DNA of 64,000 nucleotides from Thermococcus sp. JdFR-02 (GTDB lineage Archaea; Methanobacteriota_B; Thermococci; Thermococcales; Thermococcaceae): NCBI GenBank assembly GCA_002009975.1, contig MTLP01000009.1, positions 32,001 to 96,000 of the forward strand, read 5' to 3'. Shown piece by piece: positions 18,917 to 27,528 of this stretch (position 1 is its first letter; each line of letters starts with the position of its first letter). The notes under the pieces were generated by a model. It saw only the letters and a program-made list of their open reading frames with translations, ran no database searches and was not told where the DNA came from. The position numbers and the translations under genes were made by a program.

Positions 18917-18986
18917 AAGAAGATTATGAAGACATGTATGGAACCAATGTGATGTCCCAGAGACTAAACATTGAGGAGGTTTAGCT

Positions 18987-19331
18987 ATGACAATTAAAAG
19001 GGATACTTTAAATGATTTTATTGGCTTTTCTTTTATTTATTTTCTTGTGTTCATTAGTGGATGGTATAGACTTTCTCATCCAGAAGAAATGTATTCTGCA
19101 TGGAGTATCTCATTACTCATAATGTTGATTATCTCGGTTCTTTATGAATTAACACCCTCTTCTGAAAGGCCGTACACTGGAACCAAACTGCTGGTCATTT
19201 TTGGTGTTATCTTGATGGAAGTAACTATCTATGTTATAAAGAATATTTACCTGCTCTTTGTTCTTGCAGTAATTTTCACTCATTTTTCTATCAAAATGAA
19301 AGCAAAGGAAAAGAGAAGTCAGGTATGGTAA
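18987..19331 (+). CDS. Small 4-TM membrane protein, divergent paralog 2
   Basis: GGAGG RBS; WYRLSHPEE and IFG...LLF match its neighbours. Confidence 0.72.
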   Translation: MTIKRDTLNDFIGFSFIYFLVFISGWYRLSHPEEMYSAWSISLLIMLIISVLYELTPSSERPYTGTKLLVIFGVILMEVTIYVIKNIYLLFVLAVIFTHFSIKMKAKEKRSQVW

Positions 19332-19387
19332 GATATAATGAAGCTTTAGGAATAATGTCTTAGCTGTTGCTAATGGAGGTGTAGCCT

Positions 19388-19816
19388 GTGAGGCTTTTTA
19401 AACTTACCCCTGATGAGGAGGAGAAGTTCTTTGAGCACCTTCCCCGTTTTCTCTTTTATTATTTATTCCTTTTTGTGATCTTCTGGGCTGCATTAGCTCG
19501 AAAATCAGCAGAGGAAATTAGGGAAAGAATCCTGAGTGGAGACGTTGCTCCTGACTTTTTGTACTCTACATTAATGGTTCTTTTATTACTTGCAATTACA
19601 GATGCATATCTAATGATAAAAGGGTATACTCGGTGGAATACGCCTGGAGCGGCACTTTTCATGGTTTTTGGACTTTTTATAATGCTCCTCGTGGTAATGT
19701 ATGTGGGAAGAGCTTTCATACTGTTTGTTGTAGCTCTTATTCTGGTTTACGTTAACACACTCATAAAAACAAAGGAAGACATAAAGCATTCATCAAAAGT
19801 AAAGCATCGTGGCTAA
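19388..19816 (+). CDS. Small 4-TM membrane protein, paralog 3
   Basis: GGAGGTG RBS with GTG start; paralogous to 18515-18916. Confidence 0.8.
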   Translation: MRLFKLTPDEEEKFFEHLPRFLFYYLFLFVIFWAALARKSAEEIRERILSGDVAPDFLYSTLMVLLLLAITDAYLMIKGYTRWNTPGAALFMVFGLFIMLLVVMYVGRAFILFVVALILVYVNTLIKTKEDIKHSSKVKHRG

Positions 19817-19899
19817 AAATGGATCATCATGTGAGTAATTTTTTCTTATTTTTGACCACAAAAGAAAATCATAATAACCTCTTTAACCAATTCTTTTTG

Positions 19900-20568
19900 A
19901 TGCCTATGAAAAGAATAAAGTTCAAAGTCCCACTCAATCAAGAAATGTTTGTCATGTTTAAGGAGTTTCTTGAAGCTATAGAATGGGGTTATGGGGATAC
20001 CTACTTTATACTTGACGATGAAATTATTAAGATAACAGAAGTCAAGTTTAAAGAAGGTGTAAACCCAGAAGAAATTATTGAGAACCTTAGAAAGCTTGCT
20101 CATGTGAAAGAGCTGAGACTGATACCAAAAAACGATCATTACCTGCTCTATGCTAAGATTAATATTAAGAGTATCCCTTATCCAACAGAAGATGTTAAAA
20201 GAATCCTTGAGCTCCAAAAGAAAGGGCTTGTGATATTTGAAAAGGGTACTTTTGATGGGCTTTCAATTGTTCTGTTCGTAACTTGTGAAGACTCCCTCCT
20301 CAGTGAAGTGATTTCTACCCTTAAAGAGGTTTACAAAGGAAGTGTCTTGAGTGTCGAAGAGTATACACCAGAAAATACACCCCTTTCAAAGCTAAGCAAG
20401 AGACAGCGTGAAGTGCTCCTCTTAGCTTACAAGAGCGGCTATTTCGACAATCCCCGCAAAGTAACGCTTAGAGATCTTGCAGATATGCTTGGTTTAAGTG
20501 TCTCAACAGTTAAAGAGCACCTAAGGAAAGCCCAGAGAAAAATTTTAGAGGAAGCTATTGAGGGGTAA
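19900..20568 (+). CDS. Transcription regulator with C-terminal HTH_10 (Bat-type) domain
   Basis: LSKRQREVLLLAYKSGYFDNPRKVTLRDLADMLGLSVSTVKEHLRKA. Confidence 0.9.
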   Translation: MPMKRIKFKVPLNQEMFVMFKEFLEAIEWGYGDTYFILDDEIIKITEVKFKEGVNPEEIIENLRKLAHVKELRLIPKNDHYLLYAKINIKSIPYPTEDVKRILELQKKGLVIFEKGTFDGLSIVLFVTCEDSLLSEVISTLKEVYKGSVLSVEEYTPENTPLSKLSKRQREVLLLAYKSGYFDNPRKVTLRDLADMLGLSVSTVKEHLRKAQRKILEEAIEG

Positions 20569-20569
20569 C

Positions 20570-20583
20570 CCGCACATATGCGG
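20570..20583. promoter_or_regulatory. Palindrome upstream of the ABC operon promoter (candidate operator)
   Basis: CCGCA-CATA-TGCGG, GC-rich in an AT-rich spacer, just upstream of TAAAAATACTT. Confidence 0.5.
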
Positions 20584-20629
20584 CACCATCTAAAAATACT
20601 TTTCTATCTGAGTTTAATTAGGTGAAAGT

Positions 20630-21481
20630 ATGAATGTGATTGAGGTTAAAAATGTCAAAAAGTATTATGGCGATGTTAGAGGTGTTGAAAACCTAAGCTT
20701 TGAAGTTGAGGAAGGAGAAATTTACGGCTTCTTGGGTCCTAATGGTGCTGGAAAAACTACAACGGTCAAAATTTTGGTGAAGATTATCAAAGACTACAGT
20801 GGTGATGTTAAGGTTTTTGGAAAGAACTTAAGAGAATGGGGCAAAGAATATTATCAGAAAATTGGAGTTTCTTTTGAGTTTCCTGCAGTATATTCAAAGC
20901 TCACTGCACTAGAAAACCTCAAGTTCTTTGCCTCCTTTTATAAGAAGCATCTTGATCCTGTGGATGTCCTTAAGATGGTAGGTCTCGATAAGGAAGCAGA
21001 TCAACTTGTTTCAGGTTTTTCAAAGGGTATGAAGAAAAAACTAGACCTTGCGAGGGCTTTTCTCCCAGATCCAGAAATTCTCTTCCTAGATGAGCCTTTG
21101 GAAGGGCTTGATCCAGAGAGTGCAAGAAAAATTAAAGATCTGCTCCTTGAGATGCGCGAAAATGGAAAGACGATCTTTTTGACCACTCACAACATGTATG
21201 TAGCAGATGAGCTCTGTGATAGAGTAGGGTTCATAGTAGAAGGTGCGATTAGACTCGTTGATAATCCAAAGGAGCTCAAGGTTAAGATGGGCAAGAGAGT
21301 AGTTAAGGTTGAATACATTGCTAATGGTGATGTTGATATAAAAGAGTTCCCACTTGAAGGACTTGGGAGAAATGAGGAATTTCTCAACATTATTAGGAAC
21401 TATAAGATCAGAAGAATAAACACAGAGGAGCCAACCTTAGAGGAGGTATTCTTAAAGGTTACAGGGAGGAGGCTCGTGTGA
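20630..21481 (+). CDS. ABC exporter ATP-binding protein (drug/peptide export type)
   Basis: GPNGAGKTT, FSKGMKKK, FLDEP, TTH. Confidence 0.95.
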   Translation: MNVIEVKNVKKYYGDVRGVENLSFEVEEGEIYGFLGPNGAGKTTTVKILVKIIKDYSGDVKVFGKNLREWGKEYYQKIGVSFEFPAVYSKLTALENLKFFASFYKKHLDPVDVLKMVGLDKEADQLVSGFSKGMKKKLDLARAFLPDPEILFLDEPLEGLDPESARKIKDLLLEMRENGKTIFLTTHNMYVADELCDRVGFIVEGAIRLVDNPKELKVKMGKRVVKVEYIANGDVDIKEFPLEGLGRNEEFLNIIRNYKIRRINTEEPTLEEVFLKVTGRRLV

Positions 21482-22179
21482 TAGGGCAGTTAACTAAGAT
21501 CGATCTTAAAGTCGGAACTAGGGGCTATGTTTATCCTATTTATCTTTTAGTTGCCTTAGCGTATGGACTTATGGTAAAAGCTTTCCCTCCAGAATATTAT
21601 TCTTCCATGGTTCCTCTCTTTATATTCTTTGAACCAGGTCTTGTGGGCTTTATGTTTGTGGGGACTTCAATATTTACAGAGAAAAAGGATGGAACTATTG
21701 GGGCGCTCGCAGTAACCCCGATTGAGTGGAGGAGCTATATCTTTGCCAAAACGCTTTTGATGTCCATGGTATCTCTAATAGCGGCCACTATTATAATGCT
21801 AATCGGGACAGGTTCGCTTAAAGGACTTTCCTATGTACTTGTAGGAGTTTTTTTGGTTTCCGTAGTTTATACCCTCTTAGGTATAGCAATCTCAGCTAAG
21901 TATCATGACTTGGATGATTATTTTGTCCCTTTGCTGGGAGTCATGGTTATTTCACTACTTCCCTATGCTCACTACCACGGCTACCTCACCAGCGAGACCT
22001 GGAAAGTGCTTTATGTTGTTCCAAGTTATCCCGGGCTTTACTTCTTCAAGGCTCCATTTGTGGAAATTTCAAGGGAAACTCTGATGCGTTCAGGAGCAGG
22101 TCTAGTAATCTGGAGCGGCATAGCATACTACCTCGCTAAAATTCGGTTTTACAAATACGCTGTGGAGGGATTGAGATGA
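21478..22179 (+). CDS. ABC-2 type exporter permease
   Basis: 6 TM; EKKDGTIGALAVTP motif. Confidence 0.88.
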   Translation: MIGQLTKIDLKVGTRGYVYPIYLLVALAYGLMVKAFPPEYYSSMVPLFIFFEPGLVGFMFVGTSIFTEKKDGTIGALAVTPIEWRSYIFAKTLLMSMVSLIAATIIMLIGTGSLKGLSYVLVGVFLVSVVYTLLGIAISAKYHDLDDYFVPLLGVMVISLLPYAHYHGYLTSETWKVLYVVPSYPGLYFFKAPFVEISRETLMRSGAGLVIWSGIAYYLAKIRFYKYAVEGLR

Positions 22180-22880
22180 GCTTTGTGAGAAAGTTTTTGG
22201 CTATTTATAAAACTGATCTTAAGTTATTGAGGAGAGATCCAATGCTCCTTTATAGTGTATCAATGACCATCATTCTTCTCCTTATTGTCCGTTATTTCAA
22301 GGAAAGAATGGGAATTCTTTATCCCATGGTTGCTCTCTTAATGTTGATCTTCATTCCCATGATATTTGGCATGATCCCTGGTTTCATGATGGCTGACGAG
22401 AAGGAAAACAAGACAATACAAGCTTTGCAAGTGGTTCCAATTTCAAGTGAGGCTTTTTTGATCTACCGGTTAACTTGGGCTTCTCTAGTGATGGCAATTC
22501 TTGTCATGATTTCTCCAAAAATACTGAATATAGAAATTCCTCAGAAAGGTCTTTTAATCCTAATAGCACTTTTCCTCCTTGAGGTGTGGATTTATGGTCT
22601 TATCATCACGGTCTTTTCAGAATCGAGAATGCAAGCCATAACAGTCTCTAAGGTTATTGGCTGGCTTCTTCTCCTTCCCCCGGTCGTTAAGCTTGTAGTC
22701 CTCTGGAGACATCTCTCGACAGATTGGAGCAAGTTCACCGCATTTTTACCGACATACTGGGCATACAAGATTTTTGAAGGGATTCCCTTCAATGATTACA
22801 GCGACTTTCCAACAGCACTTGTTGTTCATGTGGCGTGGCTCTTTCTGCTGGTTTTATTGTTTAAGAGGAAGGTTCTCTGA
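22176..22880 (+). CDS. ABC-2 type exporter permease
   Basis: 6 TM; DEKENKTIQALQVVP, FLPTYW. Confidence 0.88.
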   Translation: MSFVRKFLAIYKTDLKLLRRDPMLLYSVSMTIILLLIVRYFKERMGILYPMVALLMLIFIPMIFGMIPGFMMADEKENKTIQALQVVPISSEAFLIYRLTWASLVMAILVMISPKILNIEIPQKGLLILIALFLLEVWIYGLIITVFSESRMQAITVSKVIGWLLLLPPVVKLVVLWRHLSTDWSKFTAFLPTYWAYKIFEGIPFNDYSDFPTALVVHVAWLFLLVLLFKRKVL

Positions 22881-22941
22881 CCTTTTCTCTTTTTACCAAA
22901 AGCTTAAACTATGATAAGGTCTATTTTACCATGGTGAGAGT

Positions 22942-23988
22942 ATGCGTGAAGCAATGTATTGGGAGTCGTTAGAAGATAATAGAGTGAGATGTCACTTATG
23001 TCCACTGAATTGCATAATTAATGAAGGAAATAGAGGTTCTTGCAAAGTTAGAAAAAATATTAGGGGAAAGCTTTACACGCTCAATTATGGAAAAATATCT
23101 TCTATGGCTTTAGACCCTATTGAAAAAAAGCCCCTGTTCCACTTTTATCCCGGCTCTTGTGCCTTTTCAATTGGAACAGTTGGATGTAATATGCACTGCA
23201 AGCATTGTCAAAACTGGGAGATAAGCCAAGCTGATGAGAGATTTCCTTATTTGCAAAACGCGACTCCAGAGTCTATCGTGAATTTAGCTAGACATTATGA
23301 GTGTGAGAGCATAGCTTATACGTACAATGAACCGATAATCTGGTATGAGTTCGTGTTAGATACTGCAAAATTGGCTAAGAAAATAGGATTAAAGAACATT
23401 CTTGTAACAAACGGTTATATAAATGAAGAACCTTTTAGAGAGTTAGCTCCTTACATAGATGCCATGAATATTGACATAAAAGCTTTCGATGACAAGTTTT
23501 ACATGAAAATAGCCAGTGTTCCAAGTGGAGAAGCGAGTAGAAAAATAGCGGAGATAGCTAAAAATGAGTTTGGAATTCATGTTGAGCTGACCTATTTAAT
23601 AATTCCAACGCTTAACGACAAGGAAGAGGAACTTAGGGCATTTGCAAAATGGGTTGTTGAAAAAGTTGGTGACGATACACCGGTACATTTCTCAAGGTTC
23701 TTCCCTCATTACAAAATGCTGAACTTGCCCCCTACTCCGGTAGAGACGATCGAAAAAGCGTACAAGATAGCAAAGGAAGAAGGATTAAAGTTTGTTTATA
23801 TAGGTAATGTGCCGGGGCATCATGGAGAAAACACCTATTGCCCAAAATGTGGAAAACCTTTAATAGTGAGATGGGGCTTTACAATTGAAGAGTACAATAT
23901 TAGAGAAGGAAAGTGCAAGTACTGTGGTACGGAAATTCCAATAATAGGTGAATATAAGGCGAAGCACTATAAAGGTATGTGGTGGTAA
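22942..23988 (+). CDS. amrS: AmmeMemoRadiSam system radical SAM enzyme
   Basis: CHLCPLNC, DPIEKKPLFHF, CNMHCKHCQNWEISQ, YTYNEP, HFSRFFP. Confidence 0.92.
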   Translation: MREAMYWESLEDNRVRCHLCPLNCIINEGNRGSCKVRKNIRGKLYTLNYGKISSMALDPIEKKPLFHFYPGSCAFSIGTVGCNMHCKHCQNWEISQADERFPYLQNATPESIVNLARHYECESIAYTYNEPIIWYEFVLDTAKLAKKIGLKNILVTNGYINEEPFRELAPYIDAMNIDIKAFDDKFYMKIASVPSGEASRKIAEIAKNEFGIHVELTYLIIPTLNDKEEELRAFAKWVVEKVGDDTPVHFSRFFPHYKMLNLPPTPVETIEKAYKIAKEEGLKFVYIGNVPGHHGENTYCPKCGKPLIVRWGFTIEEYNIREGKCKYCGTEIPIIGEYKAKHYKGMWW

Positions 23989-23990
23989 AA

Positions 23991-24791
23991 TTGAATACAA
24001 TAAAGGTTGTTTTTTATATCGAAGGCTTGGGGAACGACAAGAAAGCTCTTGAAAATGCTCTAGAAAAGACAGCTGAGGAACTTAAAAAAGAAAGTGTTGT
24101 AAAGGTTGAGAAGGTTATAGTTGAGGATATCATAGAGAATGAAGAGGAAGAATTGAAATATTCTGGAATGATTGAAGCCGAGTTAGAAGGTTCTTTAGAA
24201 GGCATTATTAAGGCTGTTTTAAAATATGCTCCAGCTATCGTTGAAGTTCGAGGACCAGGTAAGCTCGAGATTGATTCTAAAACCCTAATGAAGATCCTAG
24301 GCGAAGTTTCATTAGTTATGGGGAAGCTTATGGATAGATTTGGGGGATTAGCTGCATATCCGCCATTAGACAAGCTCCCTCTCCCCAAGGTTGGGTATAG
24401 TGAAGAGAAACTTGAGAGCTTTATCCTAGATGATAGAAATATACGTTATCAATTTGTTATTGAGACTTTTGGAGAAGACGAAGAAACAATAAAGGAGACA
24501 ATGCTTAAAGCTCTCTTCCTAGAAGGATGTAAGATAAACAAATTTGTGGTCAAAGGGGAGCATAAAGATGATAGGTATTATGCATTGGTTGCTACAGAAT
24601 TGATATCTCCCTTTGAGACTATGTTCCAGCTGAATGCCAAATATGCTCCGGTAGCTCTTGCCATAATAGAGCCAGAGATAATTGATATAACTGCAACAGA
24701 ACTTCAAAATGCCTTAACAGATCTAGCAGGTTTTGTCTATGAACTCATTCATAGACCTTTGAGGAAAAAATTTGCCGAAAAAGGTACTTAA
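23991..24791 (+). CDS. Hypothetical protein with an internal tandem duplication
   Basis: Two similar halves, each with KYAP..E..P...I. Confidence 0.75.
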   Translation: MNTIKVVFYIEGLGNDKKALENALEKTAEELKKESVVKVEKVIVEDIIENEEEELKYSGMIEAELEGSLEGIIKAVLKYAPAIVEVRGPGKLEIDSKTLMKILGEVSLVMGKLMDRFGGLAAYPPLDKLPLPKVGYSEEKLESFILDDRNIRYQFVIETFGEDEETIKETMLKALFLEGCKINKFVVKGEHKDDRYYALVATELISPFETMFQLNAKYAPVALAIIEPEIIDITATELQNALTDLAGFVYELIHRPLRKKFAEKGT

Positions 24792-24955
24792 GTGATAATT
24801 ATCAGACATAGACCCACTTTGATCAATTATTGGCTCTGAGAAAAGCTAAAAGATATTATCGGCAAAAGGCGAATTTGATGTAGGCATTTAGTTAAGCTTC
24901 TTTTAATTTTTACGGCAATTAGCGACCTTTATCAATCGTTAGAAAGGGTCTGAAA

Positions 24956-24991
24956 GCGAAAGGTATATAAACCTTAAGCTAATACTTAGCT
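24956..24991 (+). promoter_or_regulatory. S-layer gene promoter (BRE/TATA) followed by an inverted repeat
   Basis: GCGAAAGGTATATAA, then AGCTAA-TAC-TTAGCT at 24977-24991. Confidence 0.65.
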
Positions 24992-25052
24992 ATTGACAAA
25001 CCTTTAGAAAACACTATTAGGGCGTATGCCCAAAACTTGGAGGTGTAAGAAA

Positions 25053-26795
25053 ATGAAGGTAAGAAAGATCGCGGCACTTGGTATCGGTGCCGCAATGGTT
25101 GGAGCAACATTGGGCATTGCCAACGCTCAAGCAAGCCTTCCACCAAAGGAATTCTTCGTTAAAGATGGTGCACCAAATGTTAAGATTGTTGTAGGTGCAA
25201 ACGCTCCATCAACTATGGACGTTGCAAGTGCATCAGATGTAGCAGTCGCATTGGGAAGCTTACTTTACACTGCAGAGGAAGTTGAGGCAAGCGGTGTAAG
25301 TGTTATTGTTAAGAAAGATGCAACTTACTACCCAGGTGACATCCCAGTTTACAGCAACTTCTATGAGGACACCGGCGTTGATCCAAATGCAACCAACGAA
25401 GCATTAGATGATTTAGCAGATGATGCCTTCTGGTGGAACGGAAGCGCATACAATGGAAGCTATGACACATGGGCAGCCGTAACACCCAAATTCGTCGAAG
25501 AAGTTGACAACATGGATGAAATAAAGGGCGACAAGCAAATCGACTGGGACTTACAAATTGAGAACCTTGAGCTTATAGATGCAGAGCAAGATGTAATTGA
25601 GTACCCACCAAAGACTGCAGACTTAAAGATCCCAGCTGGCAACTTCACAATCTTGCTAAACTATGTAATAACCAAGTGGGAGAAGACCACGACTGAAGAT
25701 GACTCTGTATGGGGAAGCTTAAAGCAAACAGAAACAACAGACACAGTTATTGATGACGACAACCCAGGAGGATACACTGCAGTAGAGACCGTTTATGATG
25801 GAATTAGTGCAGAGGACACATTCACAGTATTGGGAACCTCCTACTATGTATTAGAGGTCTTAAGTGACGGTCTTAAGTACGGTACAGACCACGGAGTACA
25901 ATGGTTCCACGTTGGAGATGTCAAGGAGTTTGATGGCTACAAGATAAAGACCGTTGATATAAGCATCAGCCCAGCCAACAAGGTATTGCTTGAAATAACT
26001 GCTCCAGATGGAAGAAGCGACTTAGTAATTATTGAGAAGACAGACCCACCATCAGCAGTTGATGTTAGCACCAAGTCAGACAAATTCGAAGAAGGAGAGT
26101 TAATCATCCAACTCGACGACACATTCGTCGGTATCGATGGTAACTTAATCGCCCAATTAGAGGTTAAGACAAACGTCGTAGAAGTTCACAGCGGAGACGA
26201 ACTCCTCTCAGGATGGTTAGTCAACTTTGAAAGTGGCGACGATGGCAAAATCGAGTGGATAACCTTGAGCAACAAGGACGACCTCGAAGGAAGCACCTTG
26301 GACATCTTAGGTAAGTACAAGATGTACTACAAGTCAGAGATTGTAGCTGAAGACGTTGACGATGACGACGTTAAGGAATACGCAGTTAAGTCATACATTG
26401 TCGTTGAACCAACAGAGAAAGTTTACGACACAAAGGAGCTCAAAGTTGGCGATGAGTTAGAAGGATGGACAATCGACAAGATCACTGCAGGTACATACAC
26501 CGAGATAACAGTCATGCCACCAACAGAGCCAATCACATACCTTGACACCGAGATTGACGTTAACGCTGTTGACAGCAACTTGATCTTAATCGGTGGACCA
26601 GTTGCAAACGCAATCACCAAGTACTTAGTTGACCAAGGATTGAGCACAGTTGACTGGGAAGCAAGCGAAGGTGACTTAGAATACATCGAAGGCGCATTTG
26701 GCGAATACGGCGCATTGATTGTTGCAGGTAAGGACAGATACGCAACAAGAGAAGCTGCCAAAGAGTTAATGGCATACTTGAAGGACCTTGCTTGA
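25053..26795 (+). CDS. S-layer protein
   Basis: MKVRKIAALGIGAAMVGAT signal, VKIVVG..A...DV, NLILIGGPVAN, VAGKDRYATREAA; highly acidic. Confidence 0.95.
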   Translation: MKVRKIAALGIGAAMVGATLGIANAQASLPPKEFFVKDGAPNVKIVVGANAPSTMDVASASDVAVALGSLLYTAEEVEASGVSVIVKKDATYYPGDIPVYSNFYEDTGVDPNATNEALDDLADDAFWWNGSAYNGSYDTWAAVTPKFVEEVDNMDEIKGDKQIDWDLQIENLELIDAEQDVIEYPPKTADLKIPAGNFTILLNYVITKWEKTTTEDDSVWGSLKQTETTDTVIDDDNPGGYTAVETVYDGISAEDTFTVLGTSYYVLEVLSDGLKYGTDHGVQWFHVGDVKEFDGYKIKTVDISISPANKVLLEITAPDGRSDLVIIEKTDPPSAVDVSTKSDKFEEGELIIQLDDTFVGIDGNLIAQLEVKTNVVEVHSGDELLSGWLVNFESGDDGKIEWITLSNKDDLEGSTLDILGKYKMYYKSEIVAEDVDDDDVKEYAVKSYIVVEPTEKVYDTKELKVGDELEGWTIDKITAGTYTEITVMPPTEPITYLDTEIDVNAVDSNLILIGGPVANAITKYLVDQGLSTVDWEASEGDLEYIEGAFGEYGALIVAGKDRYATREAAKELMAYLKDLA

Positions 26796-26814
26796 TTTCT
26801 TTCCCTTCCTTTTT
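26796..26814 (+). terminator. Oligo-T/pyrimidine terminator after the S-layer gene
   Basis: TTTCTTTCCCTTCCTTTTT directly after the stop. Confidence 0.55.
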
Positions 26815-26862
26815 GTTTCAATAAGACTTCAGAAGAATTGAAAGTTTCTGGAGGTTTTTACA

Positions 26863-27528
26863 TTGAATAAGCGTGTTCTTGTAGTTTTCTTACTTATGCT
26901 ATTTATTGTGGCTCCATTAGGGGTGGCATTCTACGGTTATAATAACTTTTCAAAGGCAATAACTCCTCAGAGGGATCCAATCACAACAAAGATAGTTGGG
27001 GTTCCCTTTAGAGGAAAAACCTACCAAGTGATCTTGGAGAGTTATATTACTGGTGATCCAACTCTTGATATAAACATCACACTACGAAAACCATATAAAA
27101 GAGCCACCATAATTGTTGGAGATATAAGCTTCAAAGAGTGTAAAGGAAGCGAAGCATGTGTTTGGAGAATAAGAACAGTTGCAGAACTTGGAGCGACGGT
27201 TGGTGCTGTTTTTGGAGTAAAGTATTATGTTGAGGATGTAATTAAAAGCGGAACAAATGAAACAGCTGCATATAAAGCTGCTGAAGAAACAAGTAAAAGA
27301 ATTGAGTCGAGATATTTAGCATTTGTTCCAAAGGTTACCATAGGACTTGGTTTAGTTGGCAATAAGGATCATCTCTTGATAATATTGAAAGGACCAAGAG
27401 AAGGAGCACAAAAGGACAGAATTTATTGTCCAAAAGAAGGTGTGCTTGTAATTGAGGCAACAAGTGAAGATACTCTATTTGTTGAGGTTCTCTTAGTGAA
27501 AACGATTATTGCATCTCAAGCGAAATAA
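26863..27528 (+). CDS. Hypothetical membrane-anchored protein
   Basis: GGAGG RBS with TTG start; N-terminal TM helix. Confidence 0.75.
   Translation: MNKRVLVVFLLMLFIVAPLGVAFYGYNNFSKAITPQRDPITTKIVGVPFRGKTYQVILESYITGDPTLDINITLRKPYKRATIIVGDISFKECKGSEACVWRIRTVAELGATVGAVFGVKYYVEDVIKSGTNETAAYKAAEETSKRIESRYLAFVPKVTIGLGLVGNKDHLLIILKGPREGAQKDRIYCPKEGVLVIEATSEDTLFVEVLLVKTIIASQAK

Noticed and set aside
18742-18984. 80-aa ORF overlapping membrane paralog 1
   Set aside because: Mostly out of frame within a real gene and has no RBS; only its last ~22 codons are noted as a possible remnant
24791-24840. GTGATAA...CTGA resembling a C/D sRNA
   Set aside because: Internal D'/C' spacing does not give two 10-12-nt guides and there is no terminal stem
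25053-26795. Distinct C-ending codon usage of the S-layer gene as a sign of horizontal transfer
   Set aside because: Better explained by high-expression codon bias; the protein has typical Thermococcales S-layer ends
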